A DNA stretch of 64,000 bases from a virus (IMGVR_UViG_3300009157_000016:1-64000), one strand, 5' to 3'. Positions 16,023 through 25,937 are shown, counted from the stretch's first letter. Notes: generated from the sequence alone by a model not told the origin. Made by a program: numbers and translations.

Positions 16023-16592
16023 TCACAAGAAGCCGGGGTCTTTCGTTCCCAGCTCTATCACTATACTGCCGCTCAACCTATGCACTGGCAAGACGCCCGG
16101 TTCTTGGAACTTGCCGCGTCGGTTCCAGACTTCTGCCTGTTGCGTCACGGCATCGGCCCAAATGACGTGGTCGAGTTGTTCGCCACGATACCAAACCGAC
16201 ATCCTTCGCCAATCCAAAGGCCAGCCTTGGCGCACGTACGGTACCAGATTCTCCGCGCGCAGGGCAGCTATAAGGCTGCCCTGTAACGCAAAGCGAGCCA
16301 TCTTGGTTGCACTGAGGCTGTTAGAGGGGTCGACCAGCGCCGGCCCGCCGTCAGGTCGGTGCCATATCAGGGCGTGGAGGCCATTGAGGGGAAGGTCGGG
16401 GGAGCCCATGAGAAGAGCGTTTTCAACAGATCCCCATCCGGTGTTCCAGATGCGATCAATGCGGTCAGGTGATGCAAGGTCGTTCGCCGTGCATCCCAGC
16501 GCCTCAGCGGTCACCTTGGTCCAATCCTCATCCGCCTGATTAACCAAAAGCAGGTACCGCAGTGCTGAGACTTTGACCGATTCTATCTGCAT
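16023..16592 (-). CDS. hypothetical protein
   Basis: MQIESVK start with GGAGG RBS; divergent from the head genes. Confidence 0.6.
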   Translation of the reverse strand: MQIESVKVSALRYLLLVNQADEDWTKVTAEALGCTANDLASPDRIDRIWNTGWGSVENALLMGSPDLPLNGLHALIWHRPDGGPALVDPSNSLSATKMARFALQGSLIAALRAENLVPYVRQGWPLDWRRMSVWYRGEQLDHVIWADAVTQQAEVWNRRGKFQEPGVLPVHRLSGSIVIELGTKDPGFL

Positions 16593-16677
16593 GGATAAAT
16601 CCTCCGGTTGACTTTTGACGAAATCGGGGCTTTTGTCCACGGTTATACCTTTCCCACGCAAGCAGGGTGTAATCCCG

Positions 16678-18531
16678 ATGAGCAAAAAGACGCTACAGCG
16701 CGAAGCGCCAGTTAAGGGGGAGCCGGAGCGCAAGTCGTATCCAAGCGTCATCAAATCAATCGACCAAGCGACACGGAGGATTGACTTCATCATTTCGACG
16801 GAGTCAGTTGACCGCTACGGCGATGTCATTCGTGTCAAGGGGTGGAGCCTCAAACCCTACAAGGCGAACCCGGTTGTCCTCTTCGGTCACCAGAACCGCG
16901 AACCGCCTGTCGCGCAGGCCGTGCGCGTGTGGAAGGAAGATGGAGCGCTGCGGGCAACCGCTCAGTTCATGTCTGAGGATCTGAGCCCGTTCGCGCACAG
17001 CATTTTCCGCATGTACGAGGAGCGCTTCCTGCGCGCCACGTCCGTCGGCTTCATGCCCCGCGAATGGGACTTCATTCAGGACGCGGACGGGAACATCACC
17101 GGCTACGACTTCGTGAAGTCGGAGCTTCTGGAATTCAGCGCCGTGCCTGTGCCGGCCAACCCGGAGGCCCTTGTCAACGCACGGGCGAAGGGGATCAACA
17201 CCGCTCCGTTCAAGAAGTGGGCGGAGCACATGCTCGACGAGTGGCCCGAGCGTGAGTCGCAACTTCGTGGCCTCTACGGCATTGACCGGAAGGGGCTCGA
17301 GTCTATCCGCCGTAAGGCGGCAGGAACCGGCGCAGTGTACCGCTTGTCCGCCGAGGAGACGGAAGAACTCCGTCGCCGGAACTTCGGGGACATCATCATC
17401 AACATTGGTGGGGCCGACGCCGTTGAGAAGGACGCGCAGCGCTCCTTCGCCAACTCCGGAATGAGCGAGGACCAGGATCACAAGGAGAGCACGATGAAAG
17501 TGAAGCAGGGAATCTTCGGCGTTTCGGCCGCAGAGGTCGAAGAGTTGAAGGAGGCTTGCAAAGAAGCGGAGCTGTACGCAATCCCGCTGCCCGACAAGGA
17601 CGGCAAGAAGCAGTTCCTGCTTGTCCCGGAGATCGACTCGGGGATGATGGAAGGCACGAAGGGCATCCAGATGTCCGTCGAGGAGCACAACGGCAAGCGG
17701 TCATTCGTGATCGACAAGGCCCCGAAGCTCGCCGTCATCGCCCCCGAGGTCCTCGGCAAGGACGCCAACCTGTTCGAGTTCAAGATGGACGACAAGGCGT
17801 CGCACGTCTTGCTCACCATCAAGGGAGCGAACTTCGCCGCCACCTACAAGCTTCACGGCATGGTGGACGCGGACGCCGAACTCATGGCCGAGCTGGTCGG
17901 AACCAAGGACCAGAAGCAGCCCAACGAGAAGGGCGACGACGCCGACAAGGGCACCAAGAAGCCCGACACCAAGGACACCAAGAAGGAGTCCAAGGACGGT
18001 GAGGAGTCCAAGGACGAGTCGAAGGACGAGTCCAAGGGTGGCGACGACGCCGAGGGCGAGAAGAAGGCCACGAAGGACGGCGACGACGAGCCGCTGGAAA
18101 TCGGCGGCAAGAAGATCCCGGCCGAGGCCGCCAAGGAAATCCGTCGGCTCATTGCAGCCGCCGTGAAGAAGGAGGAAGACGAGGCCGCGAAGGGTCCCAT
18201 CGACCTCATGAAGGAAATCGAGAAGGCCGAGGCGCTGATGTCCTCCCTCGAGGAGGCTCTTGCCAAGGCGAAGAAATCCGGGCAGTTTGTCTCCAAGCTT
18301 GCTGGGCGGAAGCTCAAGACGCTTGGGGCCTACCTGCGCGAGCTGGCCGACGACCTCGACCCGGAGGGGAAGGTCAAGGTCAATACCAACGGGCACGATG
18401 AGTCCAAGTCCGACGACAAGGACGAAATCGACCTGAAAGATCTCGGTTCGTTCTTGGCCAAGGAGGTTCAGCCCCAACTTGCCGCCCTGATCGCGACCGA
18501 AGTGAAGAAGGCACGGGGGGCGCTCGACTAG
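16678..18531 (+). CDS. HK97-type prohead protease with long C-terminal scaffold-like extension
   Basis: STESVDRYGD, NPVVLFGH, ATSVGF, LLEFSAVPVPANPEAL motifs; charged C-terminal half. Confidence 0.9.
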   Translation: MSKKTLQREAPVKGEPERKSYPSVIKSIDQATRRIDFIISTESVDRYGDVIRVKGWSLKPYKANPVVLFGHQNREPPVAQAVRVWKEDGALRATAQFMSEDLSPFAHSIFRMYEERFLRATSVGFMPREWDFIQDADGNITGYDFVKSELLEFSAVPVPANPEALVNARAKGINTAPFKKWAEHMLDEWPERESQLRGLYGIDRKGLESIRRKAAGTGAVYRLSAEETEELRRRNFGDIIINIGGADAVEKDAQRSFANSGMSEDQDHKESTMKVKQGIFGVSAAEVEELKEACKEAELYAIPLPDKDGKKQFLLVPEIDSGMMEGTKGIQMSVEEHNGKRSFVIDKAPKLAVIAPEVLGKDANLFEFKMDDKASHVLLTIKGANFAATYKLHGMVDADAELMAELVGTKDQKQPNEKGDDADKGTKKPDTKDTKKESKDGEESKDESKDESKGGDDAEGEKKATKDGDDEPLEIGGKKIPAEAAKEIRRLIAAAVKKEEDEAAKGPIDLMKEIEKAEALMSSLEEALAKAKKSGQFVSKLAGRKLKTLGAYLRELADDLDPEGKVKVNTNGHDESKSDDKDEIDLKDLGSFLAKEVQPQLAALIATEVKKARGALD

Positions 18532-18588
18532 TTCGAGCCTTCCTTCAACAGCGGCCTGAGCGCCGCAAGTTTGCAAGGCTGTAAAGGA

Positions 18589-19842
18589 ATGAGCAAAGTC
18601 ACGAAGCAAGAGCTGCGGGAAGTCGTCAACGACTCGCTGGCTCCCATTGTCGCCGCCGCAATCTCGAAGGCTCTCGGCCGACCGGAAAGCGACGACGACA
18701 GCAATCTGCCGTCGACTCGGTCTTCGCAGTCGCGTGAGTTGCAACTGTACCGGACCCCCGGTGCAATCATCCGCGCACGGAAGTTCGAGATCAAGCCGGA
18801 ACAGAAGGGCATCGCTGCTGCCCGCTACGTTCGCGCCCTTGCGGCGTCGCGTGGCGACGTGGGCCGCGCACGGCACTTCCTCAAGACCCTGTACGACGAC
18901 GAACTGAGCGTGGAAATCCAGCGCGCCATGATGGCGGGCGAACTGATTTCCGGCGGTGCCTTGATTCCTCCCGAATACGCGGCGGAGATCATCGAACTGC
19001 TTCGCTCCCGGACCGTCGTTCGTGCGGCCGGTGCGCGGCGCCTCGACATGGACAGCGGTTCGCTGACCATCCGGAAGCAGACGGCCGGCACCACGGCCTC
19101 GTACGTTGGTGAGTCGCAGGACATTCCGGTGACCGAACCGGAAGTCGGCCTGATCAACCTCGTGAGCAAGAAGCTTGCGGCAATCGTTCCCATCTCGAAC
19201 GACCTGCTCAAGTTTACGAGCTCGCCGGCCGCCGACGAGTTCGTGCGTGACGACCTTGTCCTGGAGATCTCGATCCGCGAGGATCGTGCGTTCCTCCGTG
19301 ACGACGGCACGCAGAACACCCCGAAGGGTCTCAGGCATTGGGCGCTGCCCGGCAACCTGATCCCGATGGAGGGCACCGGCACCGCGACGGACATTGAAAC
19401 GGACTTCCGCGATCTGGTCAACGCACTGGAAAGCGCTGACGTTCGTCTCATCCGCCCGGCGTGGTTCATGCATCCGACCCGCAAAAACTACCTGCGGACC
19501 TTGCGTGACTCGAACGGCAACCTGATCTACCCCGAGATTCGGACTTCCAGCCCGACGCTCTACGGGTGGCCGGTCTTCACCACGACGTCGCTTCCCGCCA
19601 ACCTTGGCGGCGGCGGCAACGAGTCGGAAATCATGCTCGTCGATATGGTCGACGCGATCATCGGCGAAGCCACTTCGCTGGAGATCGTCGTGGACGCTTC
19701 GGCTTCCTACGTCGAGGGCGGCGTGATGAAGTCGGCGTTCAGCCGCGACGAGACGCTCATCCGTGCCATCAGCCGGCACGACTTCGCAATGCGCCATGCA
19801 GAGTCCGTCGCCGTCAAGACCGGCGTGACTTGGGGCGGCTGA
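18589..19842 (+). CDS. major capsid protein (HK97 fold)
   Basis: GGALIPPEYAAEIIELLR, YVGESQDIP, KKLAAIVPISNDLL, AFSRDETLIRAISRHDF. Confidence 0.95.
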   Translation: MSKVTKQELREVVNDSLAPIVAAAISKALGRPESDDDSNLPSTRSSQSRELQLYRTPGAIIRARKFEIKPEQKGIAAARYVRALAASRGDVGRARHFLKTLYDDELSVEIQRAMMAGELISGGALIPPEYAAEIIELLRSRTVVRAAGARRLDMDSGSLTIRKQTAGTTASYVGESQDIPVTEPEVGLINLVSKKLAAIVPISNDLLKFTSSPAADEFVRDDLVLEISIREDRAFLRDDGTQNTPKGLRHWALPGNLIPMEGTGTATDIETDFRDLVNALESADVRLIRPAWFMHPTRKNYLRTLRDSNGNLIYPEIRTSSPTLYGWPVFTTTSLPANLGGGGNESEIMLVDMVDAIIGEATSLEIVVDASASYVEGGVMKSAFSRDETLIRAISRHDFAMRHAESVAVKTGVTWGG

Positions 19843-19910
19843 GCCTAGGAGGCTCCCGTAGCAGGACCATGAGGGAAGGCTAAGACCCTTCTCAACTGAA
19901 AGGAAATGAA

Positions 19911-20387
19911 ATGAGCTCGATTGCTTTCTTGAAGAACGCGGGAGCACTTATCACTCCGGTTGCCGCGTTCCCCTCGACCCCCGCCACGGCGGGCGGCTCC
20001 GGGGATGCCACGGAAGTGAACGGCTTCTCGGTCGATCTGCTTGCCTATGGCACGCGGTTCCGCTCGGCGAAGCTGTGCATTCCTGTGGCCGCCGTCTTGG
20101 CGTCCGGCGCAACCATTTCGGTCGCGGCGAACTTCCAGGACTCGGCGAATGACTCCGACTGGTCGGACTACGCTACGGCGTTGGCGGCCACCACGCTTCT
20201 CACCGGCCCCTCGGGCGGCGGCGCGGCGCGTGGGGTGGCGGAGTTGGAAGTGGACATCACGGGCGCTCGCCGATACATCCGTGCTCAGGCCACGCCCAAT
20301 ATGTCCGCCGCCGGTACCGACACCGCCGTCATGGGAGCCGGTATGCTGCTCCTTTGCGGTCCGCAGGAACTTCCGGCCCCGTACTAA
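19911..20387 (+). CDS. head decoration/minor virion protein
   Basis: Directly after MCP; QDSANDSDWSD and RRYIRA motifs; beta-rich. Confidence 0.6.
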   Translation: MSSIAFLKNAGALITPVAAFPSTPATAGGSGDATEVNGFSVDLLAYGTRFRSAKLCIPVAAVLASGATISVAANFQDSANDSDWSDYATALAATTLLTGPSGGGAARGVAELEVDITGARRYIRAQATPNMSAAGTDTAVMGAGMLLLCGPQELPAPY

Positions 20388-20416
20388 ACGGGAACCAGTT
20401 CCGGTAGCGCGTAGGG

Positions 20417-20444
20417 AAAGGGCGGCCTTGTGCCGCCCTTTCTT
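20417..20444 (+). terminator. Rho-independent terminator
   Basis: AAAGGGCGGC-CTTGT-GCCGCCCTTTCTT. Confidence 0.7.
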
Positions 20445-20474
20445 ATCTCAGGCAACAGGTAAGAGGAACGCAAC

Positions 20475-21182
20475 ATGGCCACATTGAATCTTAACGGCAT
20501 TGGCGTGGTGATTGGAGTTCCCACGTGGCAGCAATGCATCAACGCTCAGTTTGTGAACTCCCTCTATTCCACAATCAACTATCTTACCGCACAAGGCGTG
20601 CGCCACGGCTTCATCTGCTTCGACGGAGCGTGCGTTGAGAAGTCACGCAACGCCATTGTCGCGAAGTTCATGACGAGCGGTTACTCACACTTGCTCTTCA
20701 TTGATCCCGACCAAGGGTGGCAGCCGCCTGACGTTGTGCGCCTGCTGGCGCACCAGAAGGATTTCGTAGGCGCAGCCATTCGCAAGAAGAGCGAGGATGT
20801 GCGCTGGAACGTCAATTTCACCGAAGGGGCGGAGGTGAGCGAGGAGGGCCTCCTCCTTGTGGACGAGATTGGCACCGGCTTCGCAATGATGTCACGTCGC
20901 GTGTTTGAGCGCACCGCCATTGCCATGCCGGAACAGCGGATCATTGACAAGACCGTCGAAGGTCCGTTCTACCGCTGGTACTACCCTGAGGTCGTGAACG
21001 GTGACTACTTAGGGGAGGACATCAACTTCGCCCGGAAGTGGCGTCAGCTCTGCAACGGTGCAATCTATGTGGACGTGACGCTGAGCCTTTCGCACTTCGG
21101 CAGCTACGACTACAAGGGCTGCCTAGGCGAGCACCTTCTTGAAGCGCAGGAAGCTTCGATGAGTAGCGGCGATGCTCGTTAA
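20475..21182 (+). CDS. GT-A fold glycosyltransferase
   Basis: VIGVPT, SRNAIV, HLLFIDPD (DxD), IGTGFAMMSRRVF, GEDINF. Confidence 0.85.
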   Translation: MATLNLNGIGVVIGVPTWQQCINAQFVNSLYSTINYLTAQGVRHGFICFDGACVEKSRNAIVAKFMTSGYSHLLFIDPDQGWQPPDVVRLLAHQKDFVGAAIRKKSEDVRWNVNFTEGAEVSEEGLLLVDEIGTGFAMMSRRVFERTAIAMPEQRIIDKTVEGPFYRWYYPEVVNGDYLGEDINFARKWRQLCNGAIYVDVTLSLSHFGSYDYKGCLGEHLLEAQEASMSSGDAR

Positions 21183-21489
21183 GCTGAATAACGGGACGGG
21201 AGGATGGCACCTTGTTGACGGCGTTGAGCGCTGCAATCTTCCAGGTAGCCGCCCCTCAGTCCGAGATCCGCAGGGCCTAGCGAGGCTAGTTCAGGCTGGA
21301 TATGAGATGATCAACCTGATCCCAAAAGAAGCGTTCACCGGCAAGCAGCCGGTAGACGTCGGGGTTGTCGAATTTCTACGCGCCGGGCAGTGGCATACTG
21401 CCTTGTTCACATCCGTCGCATACATTTGCAACGATCAGGGTGATACGTTAGAAATTGAGCGCGTCAAGTTCCAGTCAAACAGGAGATGA
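21172..21489 (+). CDS. hypothetical protein
   Basis: 105 aa; AYICNDQGDTLE C-terminal pattern. Confidence 0.7.
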   Translation: MLVKLNNGTGGWHLVDGVERCNLPGSRPSVRDPQGLARLVQAGYEMINLIPKEAFTGKQPVDVGVVEFLRAGQWHTALFTSVAYICNDQGDTLEIERVKFQSNRR

Positions 21490-21495
21490 ATTCCA

Positions 21496-22278
21496 ATGCC
21501 CAGCGAGAGAGTCAATATCACTTTCACGGGTTCGGCGAGCCCGTACACGTCCGGTGACAAGGCCAGCTTCCCGATGGCCAAGGCCAAGGCGTTCATCCGA
21601 CGCGGCGTTGCTCATTTCACGAACCCCGACCTTCGTGACAATGAGAAGGCTATCCGCCGCGTTCGCCTTGGCGACGTTCAGGACCGTATGCACAGCGTCC
21701 ACGGCAACGTCACGTCCGGCAAAGACTTCCAATCGCCGCCCGACGAGTTCGACCGTGCCATGCGCGGCGGTGCCGTTGACGTGGACGAACGCGGTGAGCC
21801 GCTTCTGGACAAGGACGGCATTCCGCTCGACGAGACGGGTGAGCGGAGCAAGCCTATCGATCCGCGCCTGCGTCCGGGCGGCACGGGCACGGGGGCGGGA
21901 CGACTTGGCACGCAGGACTCGGCCGGTCACTCGATGAACGTGGGCGAGCACGGCGGCGATCCTTCCTTGACGAAGGAGACGGGCGTGAAAACGGCTGCGG
22001 AAGCCGAAGCCCGCCGTACCGGTACCGACCCGGTGGAAGCCGGCGCGACGGCCGAGCGCGAGAAGCAGGCGGCTGAGGGTGACGCCATCAAGGAGGCGAA
22101 TCGTGACGCCGCCGCCGAGGCCAAGGGACCCGACGCCGTTGCCAAGCGCGAGGAGCAGAAGGCCGAGACGGTGAAGAAGGAGATCGCCGAGCAGGCTGAG
22201 GCCGACAAGGCGGCTGCTGACGCGGCGGCTGAGGCAGAGGCGGCCAAAGCCAAGAGCAAGACCCGGACCCGCCTGTAG
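21496..22278 (+). CDS. hypothetical head-region protein with Ala/Glu/Lys-rich tail
   Basis: 260 aa; AGGAG RBS; contains RRVRL, ends KTRTRL. Confidence 0.75.
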   Translation: MPSERVNITFTGSASPYTSGDKASFPMAKAKAFIRRGVAHFTNPDLRDNEKAIRRVRLGDVQDRMHSVHGNVTSGKDFQSPPDEFDRAMRGGAVDVDERGEPLLDKDGIPLDETGERSKPIDPRLRPGGTGTGAGRLGTQDSAGHSMNVGEHGGDPSLTKETGVKTAAEAEARRTGTDPVEAGATAEREKQAAEGDAIKEANRDAAAEAKGPDAVAKREEQKAETVKKEIAEQAEADKAAADAAAEAEAAKAKSKTRTRL

Positions 22279-22321
22279 GCCCGGCCGCAGCCCCGAGAAA
22301 CGCTAAGGAACAGGTGCGCCA

Positions 22322-23029
22322 ATGAGGTCCGGTGGAACCATTGTGGTCGTCACGCCGCCGCAGAGCACGCTCCTCACCACGATGGCGATGGTGCGGGCTT
22401 ATCTGAACGCGCCGGCTAACCCCGATGCGAATGACCTGACCGTCATGGAGCACCTGCTCCAGATGTCGTCTGACTTCATCTGCAACTACTGCGGACGACA
22501 ATTCGCCCGGCAGACCGTCACTGAGCATTTGCCCGGTGATGGCCTGCCGGACCTTCTTGTCAGCATCACTCCCATTATCACGGTGTCGGAAGTGGATTGG
22601 GACGACGGCAGCATTATTACCGACTACACGATCTATGATGCTGAGATGGGGTGCCTGCAACGTGAGGCGGGATGGACGGACAGCGGGTTCTATTCCAACT
22701 ACCTGAACCGCAGCCCGACCAGCTACAATATGCGGAAGTGGGCAATCACCTACGAAGGTGGATACATCCTGCCCGGTTGGGTAGACGGGGCTGGTGCGCC
22801 TATGACGCGCACGCTTCCCTATGATCTCGAGCGGGCGTGCATTGAGATGATCCGCAGCGGCTACAAGCAGATCAAGACGGGGGCAGACCCCGCCATGACG
22901 AGCTACAAGATTGGTGAGACGATGGCCGCGTGGAAGCAGGACGCGGAGTTCCTTGGCGGTGACGTGGCAGCGCTAGGTGTCCCGGCTTCGGCTATGGGCA
23001 TCTTGCAGCACTACCGCCGCGCCTACTAG
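22322..23029 (+). CDS. head-tail connector/adaptor protein
   Basis: LTTMAMVRAYL...ICNYCGRQF..QT...ITYEGGY...LPYDLERAC...ILQHYRR. Confidence 0.85.
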   Translation: MRSGGTIVVVTPPQSTLLTTMAMVRAYLNAPANPDANDLTVMEHLLQMSSDFICNYCGRQFARQTVTEHLPGDGLPDLLVSITPIITVSEVDWDDGSIITDYTIYDAEMGCLQREAGWTDSGFYSNYLNRSPTSYNMRKWAITYEGGYILPGWVDGAGAPMTRTLPYDLERACIEMIRSGYKQIKTGADPAMTSYKIGETMAAWKQDAEFLGGDVAALGVPASAMGILQHYRRAY

Positions 23030-23038
23030 GGGGGTGGG

Positions 23039-23371
23039 ATGAGCTTCCTAACCATGTATCTCAACCAAGTTACGACTTGGTGGAGGAAGACAGGAACAGA
23101 CGGCTTCGGGAACGTGACGTTTGCGCCGCCTGTGCCGCTGCCTTGTCGTTGGGAGGATAGCTCGCGTTTGATTACGAACGCCGAAGGTCAGCAAATCCCG
23201 TCACGGTCGCGTGTTTGGCTGGACAGGGACATCAGCATTGGTGACTGGCTCTATCTTGGGAACAGTTCCACGACTGACCCGCAGGACGTTGACATGGCTT
23301 TCATCGTTCAGGATTTCAGGAAAGTCCCGTCACTGGACGCAACCGACTTCGAGAGATTGGCATATCTCTGA
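23039..23371 (+). CDS. head closure protein
   Basis: TDGFGNVTF...PCRWED; position in the neck module. Confidence 0.7.
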   Translation: MSFLTMYLNQVTTWWRKTGTDGFGNVTFAPPVPLPCRWEDSSRLITNAEGQQIPSRSRVWLDRDISIGDWLYLGNSSTTDPQDVDMAFIVQDFRKVPSLDATDFERLAYL

Positions 23372-23820
23372 TGGCACGGCAGACCCCTTTCGCAACAGGC
23401 AAATCGGGCCGGAAGGATGTCCGTCAGGTAGGCCGTGTTCTCACTGACTACAAACGCTTCGTGCAAGTGGTGGAGGATGAGGCGCTGCGCATCATGGAGG
23501 AAGCTGCCTACATGGTGCTGGAAGCGACTATCCCCCACACACCGCTCCAGTTTGGCGGCTTGCGTGAGAGCGGCCGTGCCTATGCTGAGATGGGTCCCAA
23601 AGGCCCGCGTGGCATCGTTACTTTCGGCGGCGACTCGAACCCGGTGACGCCCACTCCGAACGCTCCTACTGGCATCGTGACGTACGCGCTCAAGGTTCAC
23701 GAAGACCTGGAGCGCACCTACAACGTCGGCGGTCCAAAGTTCTTAGAGAACGGCGGCCTTGACGCCAAACAGGAAGTGGACGAGTTCATTATCAGGGAGC
23801 TCAGGAAGATCAAGCCATGA
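23371..23820 (+). CDS. neck/tail completion protein (HK97 gp10-like)
   Basis: TPLQFGGLRESG...YALKVHE...GPKFLE. Confidence 0.75.
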   Translation: MARQTPFATGKSGRKDVRQVGRVLTDYKRFVQVVEDEALRIMEEAAYMVLEATIPHTPLQFGGLRESGRAYAEMGPKGPRGIVTFGGDSNPVTPTPNAPTGIVTYALKVHEDLERTYNVGGPKFLENGGLDAKQEVDEFIIRELRKIKP

Positions 23821-24248
23821 GCGCGCCGACCATCGATATGAAGAACCTTATGCTGACCGCGCCGGCCTTGGGCACGTTCGGTGAGAATCCCAACAAGGCT
23901 CTTTTCTCAATCTACATCGGCAAGGAGCCTGCGATACCCGACAACACCGTGACTCTCTACGACACGGCGGGTGAGGCACCGAATCCGAAGTGGTTGCTAG
24001 ACTTCCCTCGCTTGCAAGTGCGGGTAAGGGCGAAGGCATACGAGGCCGCGTACAATCAGTGTGAGGCTGTGAAAAGCCGTCTCCTCGGTTTGCCAAGCCA
24101 AGACTTAGGTGGTATCCGTTATATCGGAGTCTATATTGTGATGGACACGGCCTTCTTGATGGTGGATGAGAACCAGCGGTTCATCTTCACCACCACGTAT
24201 CGCATCACAAGGGAGCCGATAGTCGGGCAGCACCGGAGGCCACTGTAA
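23817..24248 (+). CDS. tail terminator protein
   Basis: LYDTAGEAP...PRLQVRVRA...DENQRFIF. Confidence 0.75.
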   Translation: MSAPTIDMKNLMLTAPALGTFGENPNKALFSIYIGKEPAIPDNTVTLYDTAGEAPNPKWLLDFPRLQVRVRAKAYEAAYNQCEAVKSRLLGLPSQDLGGIRYIGVYIVMDTAFLMVDENQRFIFTTTYRITREPIVGQHRRPL

Positions 24249-24263
24249 CAAGGAGACTGACAG

Positions 24264-25319
24264 ATGACTGTGGCGAAAGAAGTCCTGATTTCGGGTGACG
24301 GGGGAACCACCTATTTCACGCTCCCCGGCGGTTCCGGTGAATGGAACGACGAAGCGGACCAGATCGAGGATACCATCTTCGGTCAAACGTTTGCCTCCAC
24401 GCAACCGGGTCTGATCACTTGGACGTCAAACGCGAACGCTCTCTACAAGGGCTTCGCCGGCTACGTCGCCAAGCTGATGTCCAGCGGCACCGCCACGGCC
24501 ATGACGGCGGAAGCGATGTCGCTTGTTACCGGCAAGACCTACCGGGTGACCGACAACACGAAGAGCGTCATTTCGTTCGCTCATGCCTACACGTTCAAGG
24601 ACAACGGCGTCGCCGTGGACGTGGACGACCCGGCTGAGGTCGAGTCGGTGAACCTCCTGTTCGGCCGCATCACCTTCGCAGCCGCCTACACGGTCACCGG
24701 ACCGGTCACCGTGGACGCCAGCTACCTGCCCATGACGGAAATCGGGAAGGGCTCCAGCTTCACGCTCACGCAGACCGTGGAACCGCTGGACAAGACCGAC
24801 TTTCCCACGGCGCGGGCGAACAACGGCTACCGGATCTTCGACCCCGGCCTGCGAACCGTCAATCTTGAGATTGGCGGCTTCTACGACACGGCGTCGGAGT
24901 TCTGGACGGTCCTTGAAGCCCGTGAGAACATCGTCATTGAGATCAACCCGGATGGTTCCAATCTCAGCCGGGCTCGTGGCGTGTTCAAGCTGGTCACCCG
25001 TTCTCAGTCCGGCGACGTGGGCGCGCTGGAGGAAGAGACCAGGAACTTCAATCTGGCCGTGCCGGAAGGACTGCCCCTTCCGTTCGACTGGCTGCACGAC
25101 GCGGCGACCACGCTTTCGCAGGGCATCCGCATCGCACTGGACTCGTTCATCGACCAGACGCACATTGACGTTCGCTACTTGCCGGAAGGGCCGACCATCC
25201 TCGGCTTCGAAGGCGACGGCATCGTCACCGACCTGTCGCTCAGCTCGTCGCTCGACGCGATGAACGAATTCACCGTCAACGTTCAGGGGTCCGGAGCGCC
25301 GACCCGCGCCGTGTTCTAG
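24264..25319 (+). CDS. major tail tube protein
   Basis: 351 aa, Thr/Gly-rich; precedes chaperone and tape measure. Confidence 0.8.
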   Translation: MTVAKEVLISGDGGTTYFTLPGGSGEWNDEADQIEDTIFGQTFASTQPGLITWTSNANALYKGFAGYVAKLMSSGTATAMTAEAMSLVTGKTYRVTDNTKSVISFAHAYTFKDNGVAVDVDDPAEVESVNLLFGRITFAAAYTVTGPVTVDASYLPMTEIGKGSSFTLTQTVEPLDKTDFPTARANNGYRIFDPGLRTVNLEIGGFYDTASEFWTVLEARENIVIEINPDGSNLSRARGVFKLVTRSQSGDVGALEEETRNFNLAVPEGLPLPFDWLHDAATTLSQGIRIALDSFIDQTHIDVRYLPEGPTILGFEGDGIVTDLSLSSSLDAMNEFTVNVQGSGAPTRAVF

Positions 25320-25368
25320 TTGCGTGGCGGCATAGGGCCGCCACATAGGTAGGAAGGGAAGAGGAAAG

Positions 25369-25746
25369 ATGACACAGGCAATGACGAGAAACGAACTCCG
25401 TGCGGCAATCTTTGCGGCGGAGAACAAAAAGCCGAAGAGCAAGGAGATCACGCTCTTCGGACAGAAGGTGGACATCCGCCAACCCACGGTTGGCGAAGTG
25501 ACGGCGATGGTTGACAAGGCGGGGAAGCCCAACGTGTCGGCCATCGTCACCATCTTGATCACGTACTGCTACGTGCCGGGCACTGACGAGAAAGTGTTCG
25601 AAGAGGCGGACCGCGAAGGTCTCCTATCCATGCCGACGGGCCAGTGGCTCACAGACCTCAACAACACGATTGAGGAACTGACCGGCGTGAACGTGAAGGA
25701 ACAGGAAAAAAACTCCGACGCAGCCCCCTCCGACTCGCCGTTATAG
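25369..25746 (+). CDS. tail assembly chaperone (gpG-like)
   Basis: Position; VDIRQPTVG, PGTDEKVF; ends ..EKN at a slippery site. Confidence 0.85.
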   Translation: MTQAMTRNELRAAIFAAENKKPKSKEITLFGQKVDIRQPTVGEVTAMVDKAGKPNVSAIVTILITYCYVPGTDEKVFEEADREGLLSMPTGQWLTDLNNTIEELTGVNVKEQEKNSDAAPSDSPL

Positions 25747-25937
25747 CGGTCGCAGAGGCGTTTGGGAAGCTCCCAAACGAGATAGCTGACATTCTCAGCT
25801 CTGAGGAACTCGGAGAGCTATTGGCGTACTTCAACATCAAGACCGCCGACCAGAAGAAAGCCATTGAGGACGCCAAGCGCAAGCAAGGCAAGGGTGGCAA
25901 TCAGGGCGGAAGGCGGGGACGGGGAAGACGACGGTGA
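25707..25937 (+). CDS. -1 frameshift extension of the tail chaperone (gpGT-like)
   Basis: A AAA AAC at 25707-25713; -1 frame reads LRRSPLRLAVIAVAEAFGKLPNEIADILSSEELGELLAYF... to TGA overlapping the TMP GTG. Confidence 0.8.
   Translation, partial: KKLRRSPLRLAVIAVAEAFGKLPNEIADILSSEELGELLAYFNIKTADQKKAIEDAKRKQGKGGNQGGRRGRGRRR

Noticed and set aside
16600-16670. Late promoter upstream of the protease (TTGACT/TTGACG boxes)
   Set aside because: No -10 element at acceptable spacing could be assigned with confidence
17701-19947. 748-aa minus-strand ORF and similar long antisense ORFs (24426-25562, 59873-61138)
   Set aside because: Expected antisense frames of high-GC genes with strong codon bias
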